A DNA stretch of 64,000 nt from Diplonema japonicum (taxonomy: Eukaryota; Protista; Euglenozoa: Diplonemea). Below, one piece after another: positions 10,213 to 24,055 of this stretch. How positions within the stretch are numbered: position 1 is the first letter of the stretch; every line of letters starts with the position of its first letter. The stretch covers positions 62,001-126,000 of the forward strand of contig OZ025671.1 of the NCBI GenBank assembly GCA_964019335.1, read 5' to 3'. Below the pieces are notes generated by a model. It was given only the letters and a program-made list of their open reading frames with translations, did not search any database and had not been told where the DNA came from. A program made the position numbers and the translations under genes.

Positions 10213-11824
10213 CCATCTACCAACGGACCATTTTTGCCCACCAGGGGGTAAATTTTCAAAACTTCAAAAAAAGCTATTCCAGCGCAACGCCGGGGCTATA
10301 TGCCCCCGGAAATGCCTCCAGATGTCCCAATTCTAGAGAGAGGGTGCCCACAGCAGGGCCCACCCCCACAACATTGTCAAAAATATCGTTCCTGAAGTGC
10401 CCGAGAGGGGGTACAAAAACAAGTCAAAAAAATCGACTGTAAAATTCTATAAAAAGCTATTTAAGGCCTTCTTGACGCGGTTCGTACGTGCCCCAGGCTG
10501 GGGGACTTCTTTTTTGACACCGGGAGGGGTTTCTGGGGGGTATCCCCGGCAAGGTGGTAGTCTTTGAAGCACGGAGTCACGCAAAGTTGTACCAAGCAGG
10601 CTGAACACTGAAATAGGGGTCTTTTCGACTTGCAATGCTTGCACCGCACGTTGCACTACTTTTTCGGGGAAATGGTCCCAGAAGGTACTGTCACGGCGCA
10701 TTGGGGTCTCAGAGCACTCGTTCTGTGTTTCGGGGCATGGTATTGGGACAGCCTGCTCTGTAGCTGACTTTAACTGTTGTTTAGACTGCCTCCCTAGTAG
10801 CCCTTCGATGACTGCCTCTTTGAAAGGCGTAAATCCACTGTCGTTCGTACTCAGGGTGTTGGGGGGCAATGCTTCTTTCCAAACAAGCCAAGCATTCGCC
10901 AGAGATTTACCTAACAAAAAATACTTTTAGGGGCCACTTTTAAGTCATAAGGGAGCGTTTATGGCGTTTTGTCACAGCATCACCCAGCGTCGGTTCCGCC
11001 CATTGCGGTGTTGTAAATATGCACTTGGTGGGGCCTCGATTCTTTGGGGCATCCATGATCTCCGGGAGGCCTTCGCGATAGGTAGAAGTCAGCACGCTTG
11101 TTTGTTTCGCTGTGGAAACACAGATTTCCCAGAATAGTCAAAAAGCGGTCTCTTGACATGACGGTGGCGTACCCAGGGGTGTAGTTGAGAAACGTGGAGC
11201 CAGTGCACCAGTAATCAGAATAATCTGGCTTGATATCCAAGTCCATCGACAAAAGGACACCCAGGAAGGTACGCAGAGAAGCAGCATCGAGATCCAGGGA
11301 GGCACCTTTTTTAGCCGCATTTGCCACATTGTTCGAAGTTATGACCCGAATAAAGTTTGGGACGAGCATTTGGGAGAATATATGGAATGGCGTTGAGCCT
11401 CTGATGTCAAAACAGGGTCCACAAGGATTCCGATCTTCACGAAACCGGATGCCTTCCAACTGCTCCGGCTTTGCCGTCCAATCACCCTGCTGTGACTCGG
11501 AATCGGTCGAATTCGTATCAGAATCACTGTTTGTATCAAAATTGCATAATAGGGATGAGCCATCAGTGCTGCCATCACTCATAACGTCCTCTTCCGGCCT
11601 CTTTCCGGGCGCCTTTTTTTGAAGTGATTTTTAAGGGTAAATTTGGGCTGGCGTTTTTTTTCATTTTTTCATTTTCTTGTTAAGTTAGGGCAGCATTTAG
11701 TTTATTTTTTTCATATTTTCCGCGCAGGACCCCGCCGGCAAGAAAGGGCCGGGCTGTATTGCATTGAAAGCCCTTTGCGTAAAAGATTTTTTTTCAAATC
11801 GTCTATATATAGACGCTCGTTGGT
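10213..11824 (-). mobile_element. piggyBac family A, defective copy 1
   Basis: TTAA then CCATCTACCAACG at the left end. Transposase remnants MSRDRFLTILGNL, YNTAMGGTDAG and Cys-rich CSACLVQLCVTPCFKDYH. Nearly identical to 20249-22051 but has an extra ~180-bp deletion and lacks the last 6 nt of the right TIR. Confidence 0.9.
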
Positions 11825-14800
11825 CCTCCGCCGTAGCAGCGAAGAAAGAAAAAAAAAGAAGAAGAAAATAAAGAAAAATAGAAAGCTTTTGCACCCCAAT
11901 GTCCGAGGGCAACTTAGCCTTCTACTGTGTGTTTCGAAGGGAAGAAAGAACAATGTAAGAAGAAGAACAAAAATAAAAAAATAAACGAGAGAAAGAACTA
12001 AAAAAAAGAAGGGAAAAAAAAAGCAAAAATAAAGGGTATTCAAGTGTTCTTGTGTTTATTTCTATAGGCTCTACTCTCGCTCCTTTTCCTTTTTCTTTTT
12101 CCCCATGCTTTTCTTTTTCTTTAGGAAAAAGAAGAAAAGAATGAAGAAGAAGAAAATACAAGAACGGAATGTGAGTGATCAAAAATAGAAATTGAAGACA
12201 AGAAACAGGCGGGCCAAAGAAGGACAAATATCTGATGGGGTAAGGGGGAATGGTAGGTGGACCGCCACCCTTTTTTTTCTTTTCTCTTTTTCTTTTTTTG
12301 CTTTTTTTTTCTCTCTCGTAGTTTTGCCTCGTTTCTTTTTTCTTTTAAACAGAAAAGATAAAAAGGGAAAGGGGAGAGGGGGAATAAAACAGTAATAAAT
12401 AAAACAGTGAGGGAGGGGGATCAAGAATAAAACAAAAAAAACAATAACCCCCTCCCCCCCTCCCGAAAGTAAGACCCTCGTGCCGACGTATCGCACTATT
12501 CTATTATATTTTTGCCCAGGGAGGGGAAATTACCATCCCCCTTCTGTACCTTCACTTCTGAAAAACCTGAACAAGAGAAAGGCCTTTTCTTTTCTCCCTC
12601 TTTTCTTCTTCGCAAGTAAAAAAAAAAAAAAAAAAAACTCTATCTTTCGGGAGGGGAAAAAAAAAAAAGAAAGTAAGATGTGAGGGACCTCAACTATGTT
12701 TAAAGAGAGGCAAGGTGCTTATACCCTGCCCGTCATTTCTTCGCTAAGACAAGAATTATTAGCCCATCACTTGGTGCACCCCCTGCCTTCCTCTGTTCCC
12801 CATGTGCTGCTCATTACGACTTCCGTGAGAAGGCAAAGGTGCACCCTTCCAGTTCCCTCACATGACTCGCTTAAGGGGAGGTGGCGTCAAACACCTGAGA
12901 CCTGAGCCGAAGCTTTGGTCTTGCTGCCGCCAAGAAAAAGGTGTGAAACGTGAAAGAGGTAAAAAAAGGAGAGGAATAAAGGGGTCTGTGCGGGAAGTGA
13001 GGACCTTTTTCTTTTTTTTTTTCTTCTTGTTTTTTTTTTTTTGTTTCTTTCTTTCTTTTTCTTTTCACCTCCTTCTTTTTTTTCTTCTTTTTTTCTTTTT
13101 TTTGTCTTCTTGCTATTGTTCTGCCTTGTTGCTCGCTGTTTTTTTATCTGCCAAAAATCCAAGTCTTGGTCTCACTATTAAGTTATTCCCCCCCAGAAAA
13201 AAACTATTTATTTATGAAAAATCAGATGCAAAAAGAACGAGTTAAAGTGAAATCTGTCTCATTGATTCTCATAAATACATCTTTTTATAACTGACAAGCT
13301 GCTTTTCGAATCAAGCTTTTACACCAATCTTGAACCTGAGGCCAACTTTGGAGGGCGTCTATTCAAAACCCACTTCCTATATGGTGATCATGCTTGAGCC
13401 CGCAAGGACACCGCCACGCCCGGGTCTTCTAATATTTTCCAACGGATAGGCTAAAATCTCTCAAAAGAAAAATCAACTTTTATTTCACGCCCAGACCTGA
13501 GAGTGAAATAAAGTAAAACTTGATTTATATTTTAAGCCAAAATTTCAAGAAAAAGCAGCTTGGAAGTAAATAAAGAATAAAAAAAATCTCTTTTTATATA
13601 AAACCTCTCGTGTACTCTCTCACTGCTCGTGATTGCCACTGTGTCCCCATTTAGTTGTCTTTCTTTTTTTTTTTTTTTTGTATTGGTCCTTTTTTTTTTT
13701 GAGACATTCATTTATCATTCTCTTATCCTCGTCAATGTCTTCTCCACTTTTAAAATCTTCTTCTTATTCTTAAAATAGCTTCTCTGCTCCCAAGTTACAA
13801 CGATCTTACCTAAATCCATGAGGGAAGGACCTCGGTTCTGGCCATTGCGTGTTGACAGTGAAACAGCTCGTTTTCCCGTTTACTTTTCTTTTATTCTTTT
13901 TTCTTAAATACAATATTGCCAAAAGGGTGAAAAAAAATGGGGGGGGGGATATTCATTACGCTTCATTTCTCTAAGTGTCCCCAACGACCTCCCACAGTAG
14001 GGAAGGGTCTTGCTTCCCAAATCCTAAAGGTAAAAGGTCAATAAAAAAGAAATCCTTCTTTTTCTTCGCCCAATCTACACATCAGACATGGTCCGTTCGT
14101 TACCAAAAAGAAATGTACAGTCATCCAACGTAACTATAAATACCAGAGAGACAGGTCCCCTGGGGTGTGCGAGGCAGCTTTGCGTGCCACGCGTATGCGT
14201 GAAAATAATGGAAAAAAAGCTCTTTTTTTCGAAACAGAGAAAAAAAAAAGAAAAAAAGGGGGGACGCGGATAGCATGCAACCCAACCCTCAGTAAAGGAG
14301 AGAGGGCGGGGGGGGGGGGAAATTATAATAAACTTATTTGAGTTAAAAGGAGTCTTTTGTTAAGGACACCCGTCTCCGTGCTATGACTCGTGTGCAGGGC
14401 GCGGCCCTCTGTCTCGAAGCCCGTGCAGAATGGGAAGAAATCTGCCAAGGCACCTCGGTAGAAGAAACGAAAAAAGAATATCACAACAAATTGCAAGTAT
14501 CCATCATTTCGCCCCCCTGTTGCATGTGCCCATTGCCCCGGGAAAAAAAAGAAGAAAAAAAAGAAAACCAAGAGAGGATTGGCAAAGCCAGCACAAGGGT
14601 AATCAAGGCCATGCTTCAGCTTAGTATGCAGTAGAACTGTGGAAGCCAAGGCCAAAGATCGGGAAACCCCGAAAGTTAACCGCCAGCTTTGGTCTGATGC
14701 ACGTGACATAAAAAAAAAGGATGTCAAATAGATTGAAACGCCTAGTTCGCTATTAAGGCCGTGGCACCACGTGGCTATTTGCTAAACCTTGTGGCAAGGC

Positions 14801-15829
14801 CCCTATTGAAACAAGGCATTTTTCATTTTTTCTGGCTCCTTTTTGTTTTCTTTTCTATTTCACCCTCCCCATATTTTTACCTTTTCTCTCTTCGTGCTTA
14901 GGCCACCTGACCATCTTTACTCAGATTCTTCTGCATGGGCCGTGTGCTTCGCAAAAAAGCAAAGAAAAGGGTATACCACTATTGACAATAAAATAAAATA
15001 AAATAAAATAAAATTAAAAAGACAATAAATAAAAGGAGTCATACAGGGGGGGGGGGGGGGAATGTAAACCCACAGATCTGATTCTGGCACCTGGAATTAA
15101 ATATCTTAGTACCACCCTTTCCTTGTATCTTCCTATGGTTGCATGCTGCCCTTATTTCGAGCATTCAAAGCAACAATGAAAATGGGGGTACCGTAGATAC
15201 TCCGGACGTTTAGGGGATGAAAATTAATTTTGTTCCCATCGATAGTGTATAATGGTCGATATTAAACACTTCTTTTTCTCCTCTTTTTTTCTTTTTTCTT
15301 TTTTTTGGCCCAGCACAAAAAACCTATGAGTCATACACTGTTCTTTTCTTTTCTTTTTTTTTCTTTAAATTTCGAATTTAACAAAAACGGGAGTACGGCT
15401 CATTTTTTGGCTGGAACACAAGTGGCTCTTTGTAGAGGAGAAAAAGAAAAACTAAAGAAACGTACTCGTTCCTCATTTTCCGATGGAACAAGCACCAGGT
15501 ACTATGCACATTCTTTATTCTCTTGTGAATCCCATAAATTCACCAAACGAAAAATAAAAGTAGTGAACAAATAGGGGGAGGGGGGGGAGAAGAAGAAAAG
15601 CGAGAGGAGCAGCACGCGTTCTACATACTGTGATGTGAAAGAAGGAAGAGTGGGAATAATAAAGCAAAACAAAAAAGAAAATAAGAAAAGAACAGAAAAA
15701 CAATTATAAAAGACCTCAAAAAAATACCGATAAAAAAGTCCTGCTGCACTAGTGCAGTACTTTGAAGAAATTACTGTTCGCACGAGCTAAAAGATTTTAA
15801 ATGCGAAAGTTCTTTTGCTCGGCTAATTT

Positions 15830-15892
<63 letters not shown>

Positions 15893-16316
15893 ACTAGGAC
15901 AATTCTCGAATTCCGGTCTACCTGTTTAACTTTAGGCCCCTGTGAAGGGTGCGGCACATTATTCTTTCCTTCGACTATTCTTTTCGTTTTTTTTTTTTCG
16001 AGGGGAAAAAAAAGGGGGGGGGGAAAGAAAAGGTGGAAGCCAGTGTTTCTTCCAAGTGCAGACTGGTTGCCACCGGACTGAGCTGGCAAAAGATCAGCAG
16101 TTCTCCTTTATCGAAAAAAATTTCTTGCGACCTTCTGGCACGAAATCCTTTTCTTATTTCTTTCACACCGTCCTCTTCTTTATTTATTCTTGTTTTCCTT
16201 TTTTATTTTTTTTCTTCTTTTTCCTTTACCTTTCTTTCTTTGCAAATACATTGACAGGAATGCCAAATTAAAAAAAAGAAAAAAAAAAAAGAGCGGGAAT
16301 AAAACAATAATAATAA

Positions 16317-16350
<34 letters not shown>

Positions 16351-16740
16351 AAAGTCTTAAAGCTGTCAGTAAAGCTAACGAGTAAACCTTTTATTGCTAA
16401 TAGCACAAATGTCTGCTTTTATTTCTTGTTCGTCTTGTTCATAGTGCTCAATAAAAAAGAGAACTCGTGTACAAAATAAGAGGGGTGGTAAGGCAACGAG
16501 CTTTAAAGGAAACAAAAAAAAAAAGGAGAAGACAACCAACACCGGGTTCTAAATTACAATAAGGTCCTGCATTTCTTAAGAACTTATTTTGATTTAAAAT
16601 GCGACAAACGGGGAGTGTGAAAGGAGTGAAAGGGAGAAGGGGGGAATAAATAAAAAAGTGCACCAACGCTGTCTCCCGTCAGATAGGACTGGTTGCACTG
16701 GGAAACCTCATCTCGTGTCCAAAAATTCTTTTTTTTTTCG

Positions 16741-16783
16741 TTGCACACTTAACGCCACTTAGTGTTGCAATCAAAACCCCATT
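16741..16783 (-). repeat. Short dispersed repeat (related to 26417-26456 and 27420-27553)
   Basis: Reverse complement AATGGGGTTTTGATTGCAACACTAAGTGGCGTTAAGTGTGCAA matches 27420-27462. Confidence 0.8.
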
Positions 16784-17134
16784 CTTTATTTTTATTTTCT
16801 TCTTCTTCCGGGAAATGAAAAGAATTTCTTTCTTTCTTTTTTTTTTTCTTTTTTCTTTTTTTTTAAAGCCCCAAAGTCACCCGACAGCAATGGGGGCGGG
16901 CACAACGGGAGGGGGAGAGACGGTTTTAAGAAAAAGAGGGAAAAAAAAGCCCCCGATTCTCCTATTTTTGTAGTTTTCTTTTTTTTTTTTTTTTTTCCTC
17001 CCTTTTTTTTGTGCACTTCAGTTCCGAAGAATCACTTGTTCCAAACACGGCAACCGCAGATTCAAATAAAAAAAAACCTTTTTCTTTCTTGCAACGGATG
17101 GAAGTGTGCACGTTTTCGATCCAAATTAAAAAAG

Positions 17135-17175
17135 AATTCACTATGATAGGAACGAAGTGGTTAGCAACGACCCGC
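17135..17175 (+). repeat. 41-bp dispersed repeat, second copy at 43336-43376
   Basis: AATTCACTATGATAGGAACGAAGTGGTTAGCAACG(A/G)CCCGC, one mismatch between copies. Confidence 0.85.
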
Positions 17176-17644
17176 CAAAGAAAAACTTGATTTGCCTTAG
17201 AAAGTACTACTTGCCCGTTTGCAATCTCCACTGCCATCAGCAAAAAGAAAAAGAAGAAGAAAAGCCCGAATAAAAAAAAAAATACTTTCATACCTCAAAA
17301 TTTTAAAGTAATCTTTTTTTCCTATTTCTTTTCTTAAAAATTAGTTTTTTTTTTCTTTCTTTCTCCCCCCTCCCGAGGCGTATGGAAACTCGTCATTCAG
17401 TTAAAAATGTTTACCCACAGCGCCAGCCGGACTAACTTTAGAAGGATGGGCCAAACCCTTCATGGATAGCATACCTCTATCTCTTTTTCTTCCCCCCCTT
17501 CTTTTCTCTTTTTTTTTTCTTTTTTTTTCTTTTTTTTTTCCTTTTTCTTGTTGCAAATAACAATTAATTTTCAGGAGGAGAAAAAAATAACTTTTTTTTC
17601 CCCTTCTTTGTTCAGTCTTTTCTTTTTGTTGTTGTTGTAAGGAT

Positions 17645-17679
<35 letters not shown>

Positions 17680-17710
17680 CGAAGGGCCCTTTTCTTCCCA
17701 CTTTTCTTTT

Positions 17711-18379
17711 CTACTGCATCATGACTGGCACATGGCAGATAACAGGACACAACAACACCTGCTGTTGCTGTTGCTGTTGTTGCTGCTGCTGTACCATGCC
17801 TACAGACAGCTGTTGCTGCATTTGCATGAAGATCAACTGTTGCTGCTGAAGGTTTGCTTGTTGGTGAAAAGAGACAGGCTGCTGCTGCACGAAAGAAACT
17901 GGTGCCGAAGAATTAGACACAGGAGAGTCCTTGTCCCTCGGGGAAGAGATAGGGGTCACCGGTGTCGAGGCCTCTGAGACACAACTGGAGTCAAGGTCAG
18001 GGGGCTGCATCTCCGTCTGGCGGGACCTAGGGGGCGGGAGGGGCTTCTTGAACTTCATAGATGCAACTTCCTCCATTAGCTTGACATCCCTGGCCTGTGG
18101 CATGCCCTTTGAATTGATATCAATGCTGAACTCTACCTTTGTTCCCACAGACACCTCCCCTGCCTGTGCCTTGTGCAGGAACACGTCCCTGTGGTACCTT
18201 CTCTGCACCTCTTCACATTCAATGAACCCAAACCCGCTTGTCGTGTTGAAAGACTTCACAGCCCCGTGCAACCTCTCTGCCTTCACGGCAGGCATTGCTG
18301 TTATGTTCAAGTTCAGTGCAGCCATGGGTGTCTTCCCATCAAGCGGGGCGGCAGGCGGCGGCGACGGCACAGCTGACAT
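17711..18379 (-). CDS. Cold-shock domain protein with a Q-rich tail (paralogue 1)
   Basis: GAVKSFNTTSGFGFI (RNP1), RDVFLH (RNP2), GTKVEF...GMPQARDV, followed by polyQ. Confidence 0.9.
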   Translation of the reverse strand: MSAVPSPPPAAPLDGKTPMAALNLNITAMPAVKAERLHGAVKSFNTTSGFGFIECEEVQRRYHRDVFLHKAQAGEVSVGTKVEFSIDINSKGMPQARDVKLMEEVASMKFKKPLPPPRSRQTEMQPPDLDSSCVSEASTPVTPISSPRDKDSPVSNSSAPVSFVQQQPVSFHQQANLQQQQLIFMQMQQQLSVGMVQQQQQQQQQQQVLLCPVICHVPVMMQ

Positions 18380-18443
18380 GGTTGGATTTTTTTTTTTCTT
18401 TTTAAATTACTAATCTCCTGAGAAAGAAATGGTAGTTTTTTTT

Positions 18444-18474
<31 letters not shown>

Positions 18475-20248
18475 AAAGGACGGGTTTAAAAAAGAAAGAA
18501 ATCAAAAAAAAAATGAGGTGGAAGAGTTAGGGGTTTCTTCTTTTTGTCTTTTCTTTTTCTTTTTTTAATAATCCGTTATTGTCTCTCGAGGGTCTCTTTC
18601 CATTAAGTCTTGATCTGCAAGATCGTGGACAAATAGACTGGGGGGAGGGGAGGGGGGTTCCGAGGTGTTATTCTGCTAAGAAAAACATAAGATAATAAAG
18701 GATAAAAAAACCCCCCCTTTTTTTTTTAAAAAGGAGTTTTCACTCTTTTGTGTTGCTGTTACGTGAACAAAACAATAGTAAAAGAAAAGCAAACTCGGTC
18801 CTTTCGCGCAAAAAAACAAAAAAAAAACTCGTTTTTCTTCCCTTGGAACTCAGTGCCTAGAAATCGGTACTGCGGATAACCAACAAAAGAAGATAAGAAC
18901 AGAAATGTGACCCAAAAGAAGAAACCAAAAAACAAATGGGTTTTCTTTTCACATGTAGTTAAGATGGCCCTTCTGACCTTGTTAAGCAAGAAACAAGCCA
19001 TGGCTCTGGGGCTATTTCTCAGGGGGTTTTGGGTTACAGAAAGTGAAAAGCAAAGAAGGTTACGGCCTGTGTGTCAAGAAAGAGCTTTAAAAAAAAAAAA
19101 AAAAAAAGGCCGGTGGTGCAATAAAACAAAAAAAAAAGAGAGAGAAGAAATGATATTTTCGTGCCAAGTTATTAAAAAATTCTCGTGCCGCGAAAAAAAA
19201 AGTTTCTAACCCGGCATCAAAACAATCATAATTTTGACAGAATCATCATTTTTTTTTTTTTTTTTTAAACTCAAAAGAATCTAAAAGGCAATCTTGGGTG
19301 TGTCTTGCCTGCTGAAGGTTAAAGCCGAACAAAAGCTGCCTCGACTCCTTTTAGCAATAACAATTCATTTACAAATTATTGTTTTTCTTCCTTCAAGGAT
19401 AATAAAAAAAAGAGAAAAATTGTGTTTTTTTTTTTTTTTTAAAGGAGCAGAGAGGGAGGGTGGGGTGGTCGATCGGTGAGCTAAGTGGCTCGCTGTTTTT
19501 TTTTCCTTCTTTTTTTTTTTCTTTTCTAGACCCACTTAGTAACGTATGGTGGTGGTGCAATAATGGGGGGGGAGAAAGAGAAAAAAGGAACAAAAAACAA
19601 ACCCTGTAAAAAAAAGGTTCTTTAGAAAACGCTGAAACAGTGCAAAAGTGTTTAACAGAGTCTCAGTTCTCTAGCCAACCAGTCTTGCCAAGGGAAAGTT
19701 AATTTAAAATTCGTCCTTTAATGGGGGAATGGAGGGGCATACTCTGAAAGAAAGAAAGAAGATCTTTTTTTTTTCTATGAGAAAACAACTTTTTAAAATA
19801 TGGTCGATCATTCGCTATTTGTCGAAACAAGCACCCTAGAAAGAACCCCGAGAGGTGCTAGGATCTTCCAGTGCTAGTTTTCTTTTTTCCTTTTCAAACC
19901 CGACAGATAGGAAAAAAAGTATTTACAGTATTTTTGCGAACGAAGAGTAGTCTATGAACCAACGCAGAAAAAAAAACTTTGATCTCTAAAAATACTTTCC
20001 CCCCCTTTTTTTTCTTTGCTGATTTTCGTGCTCAAAAGTTTTTTTTTTTCTCTTTTTTTCCTCATTCGTAAAATCTGAAATCTTCTTTGTTGGGGGGGAA
20101 AAAAAAAAGGAAAACATAGTAGACTATAATTTTTTTTTTTTTTTTAAAAGAGGAAAGAGAACAAAAAAAAAATGGGGGCGGGAGAAGGGAAGGAAGGACT
20201 TTCCCCATGAAGGCCAAAAAAGAAAAGAAGAAAGAAAAATATATTTAA

Positions 20249-22051
20249 CCATCTACCAACGGACCATTTTTGCCCACCAGGGGGTAAATTTTCAAAACTT
20301 CAAAAAAAGCTATTCTAGCGCAACGCCGGGGCTATATGCCCCCGGAAATGCCTCCAGATGTCCCAATTCTAGAGAGAGGGTGCCCACAGCAGGGCCCACC
20401 CCCACAACATTGTCAAAAATATCGTTCCTGAAGTGCTCGAGAGGGGGTACAAAAAACAAGTCAAAAAAAATCGACTGTAAAATTCTATAAAAAGCTATTT
20501 AAGGCCTTCTTGACGCGGTTCGTACGTGCCCCAGGGCTGGGGGACTTCTTTTTTGACCCCGAGAGGGGTTTCTGGGGGTATCCCCGGCAAGGTGGCAGTC
20601 TTTGAAGCACGGAGTCACGCAAAGTTGTACCAAGCAGGCTGAACACTGAAATAGGGGTCTTTTCGACTTGAAATGCTACCGCACGTTGCACTACTTTTTC
20701 GGGGAAATGGTCCCAGAAGGTACTGTCACGGCGCATTGGGGTCTCAGAGCACTCGGTTCTGTGTTTCGGGGCATGGTATTGGGGCAGCCTGCTCTGTAGT
20801 TGACTTTATCTGTTGTTTAGACTGCCTCCCTAGTAGCCCTTCGATGACTGCCTCTTTGAAAGGCGTCAATACACTGTCGTTCGTACTCAGGGTGTTGGGG
20901 GGCAAGGCTTCTTTCCAAACAAGCCAAGCATTCGCCAGAGATTTACCTAACAAGTACGAAAATACTTTTAGGGGCCACTTTTAAGTCATAAGGGAGCGTT
21001 TATGGCGTTTTGTCACAGCATCACCCAGCGTCGGTTCCGCCCATTGCGGTGTTGTAAATATGCACTTGGTGGGGAACAAGATGTCCTTTCCGGCTTTCAT
21101 TCTCTTTTGGCGGACGGTCAAATTTGACTTCACTGGAACATCCAACGTCGATAGAAAGCACACAGGCTTGATGTCATGCCACGTTGTGGTGCAAAGGATG
21201 CTCGCGTGCTGGTGGAACTGTGTCCCCACGGGATGCGCGTCCTTGGGCTTGCGGCCTCGCTTCTTTGGGGCATCCATGATCTCCGGGAGGCCTTCGCGAT
21301 AGGTAGAAGTCAGCACGCTTGTTTGTTTCGCTGTGGAAACACAGATTTCCCAGAATAGTCAAAAAGCGGTCTCTTGACATGACGGTGGCGTACCCAGGGG
21401 TGTAGTTGAGAAACGTGGAGCCAGTGCACCAGTAATCAGAATAATCTGGCTTGATATCCAAGTCCATCGACAAAAGGACACCCAGGAAGGTACGCAGAGA
21501 AGCAGCATCGAGATCCAGGGAGGCACCTTTTTTAGCCGCATTTGCCACATTGTTCGAAGTTATGACCCGAATAAAGTTTGGGACGAGCATTTGGGAGAAT
21601 ATATGGAATGGCGTTGAGCCTCTGATGTCAAAACAGGGTCCACAAGGATTCCGATCTTCACGAAACCGGATGCCTTCCAACTGCTCCGGCTTTGCCGTCC
21701 AATCACCCTGCTGTGACTCGGAATCGGTCGAATTCGTATCAGAATCACTGTTTGTATCAAAATTGCATAATAGGGATGAGCCATCAGTGCTACCATCACT
21801 CATGACGTCCTCTTCCGGCCTCTTTCCGGGCGCCTTTTTTTGAAGTGATTTTTAAGGGTAAATTTGGGCTGGCGTTTTTTTTTATTTTTTCATTTTCTTG
21901 TTAAGTTAGGGCAGCATTTAGTTTATATTTTTCATATTTTCCGCGCAGGACCCCGCCGGCAAGAAAGGGCCGGGCCGTATTGCATTGAAAGCCCTTTGCG
22001 TAAAAGATTTTTTTTCAAATCGTCTATATATAGACGCTCGTTGATAGATGG
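20249..22051 (-). mobile_element. piggyBac family A, internally deleted copy 2 with both TIRs
   Basis: 13-bp TIRs CCATCTACCAACG / CGTTGATAGATGG (1 mismatch) flanked by TTAA / CTAA, and a subterminal palindrome CGTCTATATATAGACG. Transposase motifs YWCT..MSRDRF, WHDIKPVCFLST and YN..MGG.D are present; the region with the first two catalytic Asp is missing and the rest is frameshifted. Confidence 0.92.
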
Positions 22052-22615
22052 CTAAAAAAAAAAAAACATTTGTTCCCCTTCCCTCCCGCCCTCTCTTATT
22101 TCTTTCTTTTTTTTTTTTCCTCTTCTCTTCACTTGATGAAAAGGTGACGGGCAGATAGACATCTACATGGGAGGTAGCACGCTGGTGGAAGAAAAAAAAT
22201 ACAACAAACAGTCCATTAGAAAATTCCCCTTGGTGCTATGGGCTGTCACCTCGTTGCATCTGGTCCTCAGACCAGCAGAATGGGGGGAAAAGACCTTATT
22301 TCGGAGAGCACAAAAACTTGAGTCAAATTTCTCCTTTCGTTAAGACAAGTTATAGGATCGTTCCTGCAGTAGAAAAGACTGCAAGCGGGGTATTCTCATC
22401 GGTATTAAAAAAAAAAAAAAAAATATTATATTCATAAGAAGAAAGAGAATAGAAATAGGAATTGGGAAAAAGCTTTTTTTTAAAAAAAGAATCTTTTTTT
22501 TTTCTTTCGTTATATAGAAATATGGTGGGAAAAACAAGAAAACTCCTTAGTAAGTAACTGCACACCAGCATGACAAACGAGCCGCACGCCAAGAGGCTCT
22601 GCACCTACTTTAGCG

Positions 22616-22646
<31 letters not shown>

Positions 22647-23511
22647 AATCTTCTTCACTTGGGCTAGCATGAGTGTCTCCAGTAGCAGTTAAAACCAGTT
22701 GTATTCTTGTTTACCCGCCCATGAGGGTCTCAATGGGGGCTAAAAAAAAAAAAAATTATGATGGAAAAAAAAAAAAAGAAACCCGGGGATGAAGCTGTGG
22801 GGGGGGGGATCTCATTACATGCCATAGAAAATATAGTGGCTTCTTAAAAAAAAAAAAAAAAAAAAAAAAACTGATAAAGGAATGGAGAAAAAAAAATTGT
22901 GGTAAAGTGGAAAACTGTTCTTCGCAGGGTTAGTACCTTCGTGGATATATTTTACCGTATCAAGGTGGTTGGATAAGCTACTCTTTATGTGGGCTTTCAC
23001 GGTTCAGGGATATTGATGAAACTCCAATCTGGATTCTTTTGGAACTCTTCCCACACCATACTAGGTCCAAAAATGCGGTATAAAAAGCTTATAAAAAGAA
23101 AGACGAAGAAGAGAAAAGAAAGCAAAGTTATCATCATTCCCCTTACAGCAGGGAGATTAGCAGAAAATTAAGAGAACGGTGAAGCGAGAAGAAAAAGTCA
23201 GGTGGAGAAAAAAAAAAATAAATATCAGTAAGAAAAAAGGGGAAAAAAAAAAAAAAAGAAAAGAAACACGGCTCTATGGACGTGGGCCTCTCTTTTTCTT
23301 TTTTTTTTTTTTTTCTCTTTTTTTTTTCTCTTTGCAAAAAGAACACATAGGAAAAACTTAATAAAAATGGGAGAGAAAAAAAAAATACTGTAAAAACGAA
23401 AGCTTCCTTTTTTTCTTTTTCTTGGCGAAAGTTTGTCTGAGTGCGACCAACCCCTCTTAGAAATGGATGACCAGGCAAAAGAGCATACTTGCTTGGACGA
23501 ACTGGTGAATT

Positions 23512-23557
<46 letters not shown>

Positions 23558-24055
23558 CTCGTCATTTCTATCCGGGGGGGTCTTTTTTTGTCACTCCGGC
23601 ATTTTTCACAACTTTGGCCTCCCGCTTGGTCCATGTTCCATTGAGCTAACTCCGGGCCTTCAATCTTCTCGTGTCGATACTCGACTGTATCCTGATGTGA
23701 AGTGGAAGATAAGTTCCTAAGCACAACTACACGAGCCGCAGACCCACCACAGGGAAGTTGGTGATGCGCCCAGGGGAAATATGCTAGGGTCCCCCAAGCC
23801 GAAAATGCCGGCTGGAGAAAATTATCCGGACTTTTTTCGCTTCCGGGAGTTTATCTCTCTCCGGTATTTACACAGTACTAAGAAACAGAGCAAAAATCTT
23901 TCACATTTATTTTTTTTTTTCTTCTTCTTTTTTCGTTTTCTTTTTTTTTTTTTTTTTTCCTCTTCTTTTTTTTCAGTTCCTTTTCTTTTTTTTTTTCTTT
24001 TTTTTTTTTTTTTTTGTGTTATTACATCCTCTTTTTCTTTTTCAACTTAATTTAA

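Noticed and set aside
14383-14634. Higher-complexity island with a short plus-strand ORF (also 23560-23870 and 32100-32370)
   Set aside because: No recognisable motif or second copy in the window; possibly decayed TE sequence but not supportable.
8521-17291. Many Phe/Lys-rich ORFs, here and in the other deserts
   Set aside because: They are translations of A/T homopolymer runs with no domain signal.
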